A stretch of DNA of 62,819 bases, filler included, from Choristocarpus tenellus KU-1152 (taxonomy: Eukaryota; Protista; Phaeophyceae), in NCBI GenBank assembly GCA_964200185.2. It is 9 parts of 9 records of this genome, joined end to end, with 100 filler letters (N's around TTAATTAATTAA, not from the genome) between each part and the next. Parts side by side here need not be neighbours in the genome. Positions count along the whole stretch, not along the records: positions 45,195 to 59,251 come from CAXNAD020001290.1; positions 59,352 to 62,819 come from CAXNAD020019825.1; 7 more parts are not named here. One strand, given 5' to 3'. The notes below the pieces were generated by a model. It ran no database searches. It saw nothing but the letters and a program-made list of their open reading frames with translations, and was not told the origin of the DNA. This document shows, piece by piece, positions 52,539 through 62,819 of the stretch. Position 1 is the stretch's first letter. Every line of letters begins with the position of its first letter. Both the position numbers and the translations under genes were made by a program.

Positions 52539-53229
52539 GATATATACTCTATAGGTAACGAGTACATCGAAACATCTGCAAAAATGTCAGAGGGCATAAT
52601 AATAAAATACATCGAAATGTTTTTCACATCAGTATTTGATACTTAAAATTGACAGAACTATAAAGAAAAAATACATTTGGTTGAAGATGATGGCCTGCCC
52701 GTCTTATTTCTCACTCTCCCAGTCAACAAAGTGATCTACAACGAGAAACAGAAAGAAGTACCTTCCCTATCTTGAGAACCTATTCGCGATTCCCCCCCCC
52801 TCCGTATCTCCAGGTTGAGAATTGTCATCATCAGTTTCAGATTACCCTGTCAGTGATACATAGATGACTGCATTCAGCTACGATCAGGGACTGGGGGGAA
52901 TTCTCAAGGGATATGCACCCACAATTGACCCCTCCCTCATGTCTGTCATCTCTGCGATCGGGTTCTCAACGAGCGTGATCGGTGATCATCTCAAGTGAGT
53001 TTTGCTATTGCGTGGAGCTCAATCCTATCTGGGTCGGTTGTTTTTGGCCCTCCTGTATATTTGAGGTTTAGAGGAGCAGTAAGCCACAGGGGTACCAATC
53101 AAGCTTTTCTGGTTGTAGGAGAGATGGGAAGAGTGGCTGTTTTTGGGCTGTCTTTGGTGGAAGAAACTCTTTTAGAGTTGCATGTGGTTCTCTTTTTGCC
53201 TTCGTTGTGCCATTTGACAGTCAGGTGTC

Positions 53230-54070
53230 AAGTTCAATCGGAATGATGTAACCTCCTAACCCCTAACATAATCCTTCCGACACCTGACTCAATTTTTTTG
53301 CCACTGAAGACTCTCCCCAGTCTCTGGTAGGTCTATCATATATTTCCTTGTTACGGATGACTCGTGCCGCTTTGTGAATGATATCGATGCACCTCTTCCA
53401 TCCACTCTATTGTTGCCGTTCATCTTAACACCACCGTTCCAACAATCTGTTTGCGCTCACCTGGACTTAAAATGCTGTTCCTTGAGATGTCCATTGTATC
53501 TCCCTCAACTTTCGCCCTTCTCTCCATGTGTGATACCAGTGGAGTTCTCTTCTACGAGCGCTACATTAAGTTGGACAACTCAGCCGTTCGTATTCGTAGG
53601 TCTTACCATGGTTTCACCTGTATACCATTGAAGCAGAGGTCTCCTTAATTTGCCCTTTGATTGTTGGGCGTAAAATTCAATCGGAATGATAAAACTTCTT
53701 CATTGCTTGGAAAAATTCTTCCGACACCTGACTCAAGGTTTTCGCAAACGAAGACCGCCCCTTGTCTCTGGTAGGCGTATCGCACTTCCTGTCGTCAAGG
53801 GTGACTCAAGTCGCTTTTCGGATGATACTAATGCAAAACTTGCGCCCATGGTATTCTTGCTATACATCTTGCCGTTATCGTCCCAACAATACTTTTCACG
53901 CATACCTGGACCTGATGTATTGTCCAATGAGATGTATCTCCCCCAAATTGTGCCCATGCCCCTATATCCCACTCCCATGGAGCCGTAGCCAATTGGAAGT
54001 GCCACATTTGGTTTGCTGTCAACTCTTCCGTACCAATCTCCCTTATCAGACTTCCACCAACAGAGCACTA
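53230..54070 (-). mobile_element. Diverged duplication with a period of about 444 bp, possibly a non-LTR retrotransposon relic
   Basis: TTCAATCGGAATGAT, CTTCCGACACCTGACTCAA and GTCTCTGGTAGG each occur twice; minus-strand RLPETRGGLRLR resembles the post-RT LPxxxGGLGL motif. Confidence 0.35.
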
Positions 54071-54435
54071 TAGCACATGTTGATGCACCTGCATTGGAAG
54101 AATGTTGCCGTCAATCCCAATCTGGCGTCATTTTTGTGATGAAATTTGTAACTGAAAAAAGAGCTAAAAAACTTCTTACGTAGTGGAGAAGTTGTCCTCC
54201 AACAGTTGCAGTTACAGTTACACCATTTGCACCGTATGTCCCTTCATCGAGACTGTATGAAGACGCTCATAATTTCTGTTGAAGGTAACATCTTGCAAGG
54301 AGGTACCTTCTTAGACGATGAGCTCGTGTGTCTGCACGTGTACTTACATATGGTTTGCATATTTAGCACATGCTGCTGACCTTGAGACCCTCTCAGTCTT
54401 ACCATGCATTATTTTGTGCTCTCTCACCTTCGCAG

Positions 54436-57400
54436 GCTTGCTGACGGTGGCTCCTTGGCCGGTACAGCGAACGTGTTTGGAGACAACCAGCTTGAGGTAG
54501 ACCTAAGGTCAGACGCAATAATCTTCAACGAGTTCAAGGTGAGCTACAGAGTAGTTTCCTCACTTCTCGTAGTGCTCTGGAGTGCATGTGGGACATGTTA
54601 CTCAACACCCATGTCATTTTCTCCCCCCCTCCCCTCCCCCCCGAAGTATGTAACTCGTTTTTCTCTTTTTTTTTGTGTGTGTGTTTTTTTATGGTCTCCT
54701 GTGTCCCCAGTTCCGTGCACGTTCCTTTCCTCTTCGGTGCCTGAGTGTTGCTGCTTCCTTTTACGATTTTTAAAAATTATTGTTGCTCCCAACTATATCT
54801 TCTCTATCGCTCGTTCGATGTAGGTCTGTAAGCTCTGATTATTTTTTTTTTCCTGTCCTGTATTATTATTTTCTTTTTTTGTTTTAAATGCTTGTGTATG
54901 TTGGTGCACATGCCGTTGTGTGGTGTCTGCCTGTCATGCATCCAGCGTTGCAGGGCCGTGTCGACAGCCGCCTCTGAGGAGAAGCCTGAGGAGATAGATA
55001 TGGGAGGCGATGCCCTCAGGTGAACGTCGTAACAGGGGAACTCGATGGAGGTCAAATGAAATCTAGTAGTAATTTTGTTTATTTTTTTCTGGCTTGCTTC
55101 GTGACAATTGAAGGTAAATTTTGTTTATTTTTGGTGCTTTTGTTTGTGTCTGTTGGTGTGTGCTGGTGAAAGTTGCAGTACGTATTAACTGCAGTTACCA
55201 ACAAAAAAAAAATGTTGTGGTTCCAAGGGTTAGGGAAAGGGTGTGGTTTTGATTGGCTGACTGGAGGCGTGTTGCGTTTTGTTGTGCAGAGGTTCCTCAT
55301 CGAAGGGTCCCATTACGTTTTTTTTTATTATTACGGTGTTTATCGTTTTTTGTTGATTTTTTTTTTCTTCTTGTAGTTACGGGGGGACGTTCCACTCCCA
55401 ATATTGTACATACATACATATATGCTCTTTTTTGGACATGCAGGGACGGACAAGAAAACCTCAATTGTGTATGTTTTTTTCAAAGTTGCGTGCGTACAGT
55501 CAATTGATCCAGATGAGTGGATTCGCTGTTGTTGCCTATCCAAGCAGTACCTGAATCGATTTCTACCGGTAAGCTTTCCTCTGACACTCACAAATTTAAT
55601 TTAATTTGACCATTTTTTGTTATGAAAAAATCATTTTTTTTTGTTGTTGTAGCCTAATCCTATTTTATTGTTCTTTTTTTTTCACTGCACGTGTTTTTTT
55701 TTTCTTGACATTCACTAATTCAATTTTTTAATTCGACAGTTTTTGTTGGAATTTTTTATTTTTTTTATTTTTTACTTTGTAGCCCAATCCTATTTTTATT
55801 TTTATTTCACATGTTTTTTTTCTTTCCCGTGCGTGATGTCCTCTTGGATGAAGGTTTCTTGTCATATCCTGTGCCAGCCACGTCCCGTCCACTACACTCA
55901 CTAGCAGGCGTGTGTACGGTGCAAGCAGACACATTTATTTTATTTATTTATTTTACGTAAGCTACTATTAAAAAAAGCACAAACATATTGTGTGTATGTT
56001 TTTTTTTGTTTAATGTGTAAATTTGTGTGCATTTTTCGTGCATGCGTGTGCGTTTTTCGTGCGTGTGTATTTGATATGTAGGTGCTACTCTGTCGGGTTT
56101 GATCCCCTGGATGGCTCGTCCATCATCGATGCAAATTTTGCTGTGGGTTCGATTTTCGGAATCTGGCCGGGAAAGGGGCTGTGTGGCCGCTTGGGAAGAG
56201 AACAGGTAAGGTGAAAAAACCCCTGAGGGTTAGAATTAACACTGAAGGAGAAACAATAGTGTGCACTGTTTCAGTACAGGAGATGATACTAGTTCCGAGG
56301 CATCCCGTAACCAAGAGCTGTATTGACGGAACTGGACGTGTGGCGGTTGTAGTTACGGGCGACATGGGAAAAAAAAAATCTGATACGTTCATGTTTTATT
56401 TTTTTTTGGTTGCTAATTTTTTATCTCGTGGAATTTAATTTAAAAAAAATGGTTGTTTTTAAAATTGTCTTGTCTAAATTGTGTTGTTGAGCTTGTGATT
56501 TGTATGCGACGCCACGAGATTTTTTTTTTTCAGCTTCTAATCGTCGGTTATGCTTAGAAAAAAAAAGTGTTTACAAGAAAGTGTTCCTCTAGGTTTTTGT
56601 TGAGATTAAAAAAAAATAGTGTGGTATACGGTGGTACTGTGTGGTGTTGTGGTGTACTGCATGATCTTTGAAGGTGATGGAACTACACAGCACAGTGAGT
56701 ATTGCATCTCTGTAGTATATGTTACTGAGGTTGAGATTTGTTTCTTTGGATCATCAAGACCTCCTGCGGGGGAGATGGTAGTTGGTAGAGAAGTGTGGCG
56801 TTTCTGATACACTATGAAGTTCTACCGGTACTGTTGATAATATTGGTACAGTGGCACTGTTGATGCTGGCTGAAACTCTACTTGATTTGAGTAGATTTAA
56901 TGTAGATTTAATTTCAAAATGAACTGTAATGGTTAAAATAGAACATTTTTTTTATGAGACTTCTCTTTTTGGAATATGTTTGTGTTGGTGGGTGATTAGG
57001 ACAAAGGTGACTGTCATATGATTGTATGGTATACTAAAAGCTCAGTGCCTCCCCTTTCCCCCCCCCCTCCAACTCAATCCAGGAGCACCATACCTTTTTG
57101 CAATGATGTCATGTCTATCTTTGTCCCTTCTTACATTAGAGTATACCTGTCATATATTTATGGAAGGCGTTAATTGCAACATGAATAGGATGAGATGTTA
57201 CGCTTTGATACCTTAACCCTAACCCTTGTTTCTTCAAGTACTACCACCTTTTGCTAATTCCACCCCCCCCCCCACACCCTTTCTTGTTTTTACAATAATA
57301 ATAATAATAAGGTGGCGTCTTGCATGAGTACCTATGGTCCACGCACCACGATGGCGTTGGCCCTAGGGGGAGAGGTGACAGGAGGGGATCCAGTTGCCTT

Positions 57401-58180
57401 TGAGGTATTTATTGATTTCTTCCCTTGGTGCAACTGTTTATTATTATTTTATTGATTTATTTATTACAACTATTATTATTTCTATTGATATTTTCTTGAT
57501 CCTTTTTGTCAGATGTTTTCTACTTCCCTTTTTATTTGTTTTGGTTTACGGGGTTAGGGTTAGGGTTTTGTGAAGAGGATAGTCTGTGATTTGAGTTGTA
57601 GGTGGCTATATTTTGGCATCTTGTTGTGATCGAGGTGTGCGCAATTTAGACTGTTCTCTTGGTTTGGTTTATAAAAAAGGGGGGGTGTGGGGAGTGGGAA
57701 CGATTATTTCATCCTGGTTTTTGTGGTCAGGTCAACTTGAGAGCTTTATATTAATTTTGTAGTTGTGGTTGGCTCTAGAATATTTGTTGTGTGTGGAAGG
57801 CTTTTCTCAGAGCTAGAATACTGTCTGAAAGTTGTCGGTTGTAGTAGTGGGATTCCAGTGCGTGACAACCATTTCGGAGGCCTTAATTTTTTTTTTTCCC
57901 ACACATTTTTTGACTTTTTTAAAATATATATTTTTGTAAGGTTTGTAGGTGAGTTGTAGGTGCGTGCGTGCTTGTGTGTTACCACCTTTTCCGGAAAAAG
58001 TGCCTGCATGTCCTCAGACCGAATTGATTCTTATCATCTTGTTTGGGCGGCTTAAATCTAATGCTGAGATGTGGAAAATCTTTGTGGTTTATTTTTGTGT
58101 CGATGATAAATAAGGTGACATTTGTGGGAAGCAAGTGGATGGTGACGTGTGACCGGTTCTGTATTGCGCCCACGGGCAAG
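54436..58180 (+). CDS. SBP: Sedoheptulose-1,7-bisphosphatase (FBPase class 1 family), partial
   Basis: Exons 54436-54538, 54946-55019, 56082-56205, 57312-57404 and 58115-58180 join in phase: [11 protein letters not shown]...[13 protein letters not shown]...[49 protein letters not shown]; FGDxQLxVD, IFGIWPG and YGPRTT are SBPase-type. Confidence 0.9.
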
Positions 58181-59351
58181 GTGAGTGTTAGGGAAGTGGG
58201 TGAGAGGGTGTGAGGGTGAGATTTGAATGAGGATAGAGGGTGGATAGGACTGTTGGCGTGATGTTGTTGGTTCCATGGAGTGTCAGTTGTAAAATGTGAA
58301 GTTTTGGTTGGTGAGTTAGAGAGAGAGCAAGAGTGATCCTTTTTCTCCCCCTTAGCTTTTTCTAATGAGATTTTTTAATTATTATTTGCTGAAGGAGGAT
58401 CTTTTTCTGGTCCTGGTGACAGGTGGGGGTAGAGGAGAACATAAATAAAGCTTTTGCCCTTACCTGGAAGTCATATTATTATTAATAATAATAATAATAA
58501 TAATTCCTGTAAGTATTAATCATGGACGTGTATCATATGGTACTCATTATCTCCCCTGGAGGTGTTCATAGAGTCCTTGGGCGTAGACTTTTTATTTTTA
58601 TTCATAATGTTTTTCTTTTAATGAACCCAACTCCGATCCAATGAGACATGATTGGTCGATTTCTTCTAGGGCTTAAGTGATACCTTCCATGGTATGAAGT
58701 TAGTAGAGCAAAATTTACATTGCGTGATTGTGTTTTTTTTTGTTTGATAGCTTTTGTTTGATAGCTTTCGTGTGCTGGATTGTTGTAGAGCTGACCTAGA
58801 GGCAGAATGTGATTTGATGAAGGCAAGGGTATTGATTGATAGCCTGTGGTGCTTTGAGAAGAAATGTGGTTTGTAAGTATGTGAAGCTGTTTGTGTGATG
58901 GTTGCAATACCCTGGATATCTCCTGTGTGATGAGATTTGAGAGATCAGGGGTGCATGAATTGAATTTTCCAAAAGCCACAGTGAATCTTAGTGTTGGGTC
59001 AAGGTGGTCATCATGAAGTGCAGGCTGTTCCCAGAAGCTTCCTGCCCTTTTAGTTTTTTTTTGTGCAGGGGTCTCAATCAATGCCGGGCTGAATGATAGC
59101 GCCTTGCCTAACATAGGATGCATTCACTCACCAGTGCGATGTGTGTATGATGCTGGTGGAGTGGATTGTTACATACATGAAGCATTTTGTGGGTGACCTG
59201 TCCTCCTTGAATCCTGACCCTCTCCCCTTGCATGTATTTTTGTGGATGGTGNNNNNNNNNNNNNNNNNNNNNNNNNNNNNNNNNNNNNNNNNNNNTTAAT
59301 TAATTAANNNNNNNNNNNNNNNNNNNNNNNNNNNNNNNNNNNNNNNNNNNN

Positions 59352-62300
59352 GTGTGCAGGCGAAGTAGGGTCTCCCTCCCACACCCGTAGGAGGCCTCCA
59401 GCTGTAGTGCTATCCCCATCTTGGCTAGCCCATTGCGACTCATGATAAGAGCCCCATCCTCAATCCTCACAGAGAGGGGTACCTCCTCCTCTGGGAGAAG
59501 AAAACTTGTGACACCCCGCCCGGTCCCAGTTCCTCTCTCAGCTCCGGTCCCAGTTCCGGTCCCGGACCCGGTCCCGGTCCCAGGCCCAGCCCTGACCCCA
59601 GCAATTGCCGTCCCTTTGCCTTTTAGTGACACATAGGGGGATGAGGGGGGGGGTCTTTTGCTACTGCTACCATCACTACCTCTGGTGGCGCCACCAGTGT
59701 TGTCCATAACTCCCTTGGGGCTACTGATTGACCTGTTGACTACACCTGATACAGAAGATGCTGCACAACCGAGGAGAGAGGACGATCCGCTAAGTGTCTT
59801 TCCCCTCCCCTCACTGTACTCTGAGTCCAAGCTACACCGTGGTCCAGAGATGAGATTCCTGCCTTTGATGGGGGTGGAGGTCACTGAGTCCTCTCTCCGT
59901 GTAACCTCATCTGCCAAGCTCTCCTCACCTTGTCCCCCTCCCCTCCCTACTTTTGCAGGCCTGCACTCGTCTTCTTGGCTAATCATCCCTAACCTTCCTA
60001 CCTCCCCTTGCCATCGGTGGGGGGTGAAGCTTCCCGTGCTGCTCCTGCACCACGCATGATCGCCGCTTATGGAACCTGGCCGGGACAAGATTGAGAGACC
60101 TTCAAAACTCACTCCGCTGACTGTAATACCAAGACCAACGCAACCACCTTCTGCCATTGCCGTGACCCCTGTCCTCTCCCCTCCAAAGCCAGTGGAGAGT
60201 CGGATCCTGGCAGCGAGTAGCTCTCGACCCCCTTGAGTAGCAGCCAGCACCCCCACTCCAGCCCTACTACTGTTGGTGCTAACGTCATTACTACCAGACT
60301 CCAAATGCTGAATACATGCTGCGATATTGGCAGGTGCCAGGCACCCTGGCTTCCGCATAATGTTCAACACGCCTCCCCTTCCGCCGCTTCCATTGTTGCC
60401 AGTGGGGACAAAGAGTGTGGTGGCTGCACCTGTGGCCACCACTTTCCCCCATCCCGACTCTGGGCCCCGTCCCAAGTCTGACCCCAAAGGTGTGGGTGAA
60501 GCTTCGGGTATGTGACCTGCCCCAGCATGATGTGAAGGTGGCGGTGATAAGGAAAAAGACGACGGGCTTCTGACAAAGTGGGGTCGACTGGGAGCTGTTT
60601 CTACGCTTGCAGTTATGTCACGGCAGCAACTCTGGTCAGGGCTACTGCTGCTCCCTCCCTCAGTCAAGGAGAACTTCCTCCTGTCCACCACATGGCCCCC
60701 TGCCACAACACACGTGTCTGGGACAACGCTCTGGGTGCCCAAGGGCCCGCTCATGACCGGGGGCACAGATCCTGTGGATGACTGGTTCAGCTCCACCACC
60801 CCCTTTGTCTCCGCATCCGTGATGGGTATGGCGAACTCGCTGTGATGACAAGGTACAATTGCTGTAGAGGAAAGGGTGTCAGCTGGTGATACCAATGGAA
60901 GTATTGGCACCAACGGCTCACCAGAACCCTCAGGGCCCTCACCTTGCTCCCTTGTACACAATCCCCTATTTGAGAGGCCAGTCAGGGAGCACTCTGGTTC
61001 TTGGTTCTGTAGTACTCCACCTCCATCCACTTCGGGGGTAGCTGCTGCCACCCCATGCACACATCCTTTGGCTGGGGCTACTAATGCCAGTGGCGACCCA
61101 GCAATATCCTTGTGGCATGGGTCCACTGCCACTACAGAAGGCGGTGAGATTGAGTGGAGTTTGGGGGCAGTGTTGTCATGATCCCTTGGTATGTCTGGTG
61201 TGGTTGATTTGGTGACCCTGTCCTCGGTGAAGAGGGTCTTTACCCATGTGGAGGAGTGGGTTGAAGCCAGAGGACACATGGCCAACCAAAGCAAGCGTTG
61301 CACAGAAACACAGGAAAGGAGAGGGCCCAACAGTTAATTGTGCACTGAACTCATCATTGCTCTGATTTATTTTTCTTTGTGGAGGGGGTTTAGCCTGTGA
61401 GGGACGATGGAAAGAAATGTAACGTTCTATACAGCATCATCAAGCGTGTGGGACAGATGTAATTTTCTGTTGCTCTGTATTGTCCCCAAATTTGCCATAG
61501 AGTGGTCCTATTGGATATGAGTGAAAACAGGCGTGAAGCCGCAGGAGCTAAAAGAAATTTCCCAGCATATCTTTTGTGTTTCGGATGGAACACAGCTCGA
61601 AGGGGGGGGGAGAAAAGGGGAGGGCAGAAGCACTTAGGTGCCAAGCCACGGATTGTTACTAATACCCTTGCTTAATTAAAGAGCCAGTGCCTACAAACTC
61701 ACAGATAAAATGAAATGTCAGATTCTTATCTACATACGAGCATACGAACACCAATAGCTGTACAAAGTAGGAGCACTATAACAGACAAACACAATACACA
61801 TACATGTACAAACAAACAATCAAACAATCAACCTCCTGCAAGGGGGTCCGTGTATATCTTACCTCCCTGGCGATACCATCACCATCCTCCTCATCTTCCT
61901 CCTTTAGACCTTCCCCTGCCCTCAGCTCACACTCCAGACCACCATCTCCTCCACACTCAGAAAGGGGCTGGGTAGATCGGAGGGAACCTTGACGCCGTCT
62001 GGCTTCGAGGAACGATGTCTCGCTCTCCTTACCACCCTATGGATTTGAATGTGGGGAAGTTTTGGGGAGCAGGGGTTGAGGGACTCAACTCACGAGCTGG
62101 TCAATATCTGATCGTTCCACCCTCGACCCAGGTCCTTGGTAGAGGGCATTGATGTTGTGGTCATGAGCATCTTTTTATAAACAGAAAAAATCCTAACCCT
62201 AACCCTAAGAAACCTTGTAACATTACGCTATCCATCCACAAACCTTGTGTGGGTGTGTGGGTTGACATCTGACTACTGTCAAGATAGTGTCAAACGATGG

Positions 62301-62819
62301 ATTGGCCCACCCTCACTCCATCCACAACAGATGCAACTACAACCCCTTACTCTAAGGTTTCCAACACTATTTTCCACATAAAAAAAACAAACTGATCTAT
62401 CAACAGAGACTCCAGAGCACACCCAGAGCCCCCACTCTATCCTCCTCTTGCACCAAAACGCACCCACTCACCTCACTCTCCTTGACCTGGTACAATGTCC
62501 TCGCAGTAGTACCAATGTCCCAGCAGCTATCCTCCTCTCCTTCTCCTTCCCCCACTGGGCTGAGTTCCCTCCCCCCACACCCCCAGCTTTCATCTACCAA
62601 GACATGTGCTGTACCTTCCTCGCCCCCACCACTCTCCTGCTCCTCCTCTCCCAAACATCCCTTGGACCCCGCACCTCCCTCACCCTCAGCCACCCCCTCA
62701 TCCCCCCCTCCTCCCTCAAATCTAGAAGCTGTTCCACCTGACGACCCGGCCTGACAGAACCCTTCACAGTCAAGCTCCCCAACATCACTGTCTCTATTCA
62801 TGCCTTCCTTCCTATTGCT
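59352..62819 (-). CDS. Uncharacterised large Gly/Ser-rich, probably disordered protein (partial)
   Basis: Open exon of about 1.9 kb (61237-59352) plus phase-compatible exons 62036-61863 and 62170-62094 (57-nt GT-AG intron) and an acidic exon at about 62819-62475; no domain recognised. Confidence 0.7.

Overview
Intron-rich eukaryotic nuclear DNA. The window is nine separate contigs joined by artificial 100-bp linkers (44 N + TTAATTAATTAA + 44 N), so gene neighbourhood across linkers has no biological meaning. Splicing by hand recovers eight partial genes with consistent exon phases: CFAP45 (+), an ANO8/ANO10-type anoctamin (-), ORC5 (-), RMI1 (+), an active-site myotubularin (+), the HslU ATPase (-), sedoheptulose-1,7-bisphosphatase (+) and an unidentified Gly/Ser-rich protein (-). 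This gene set suggests a flagellate-stage protist or alga, plausibly a brown-algal-type stramenopile (inference only). The non-coding DNA holds the most unusual signals: (i) two related MITE families sharing G-x-x-x-AAAGTATCT termini, a GTCCATTTGGG subterminal motif and 3-bp non-TWA target duplications, including one self-nested insertion; (ii) many short interstitial TTAGGG tracts, one of them an exact 6-bp gain inside a MITE terminus, plus arrays of a constant core separated by telomeric spacers; (iii) an apparent excess of GC-AG introns and AAG acceptors; (iv) many intronic minisatellites, a long-TIR foldback element, a tRNA-like SINE head and decayed retroelement relics. No CRISPR array, rRNA or intact transposase was found.
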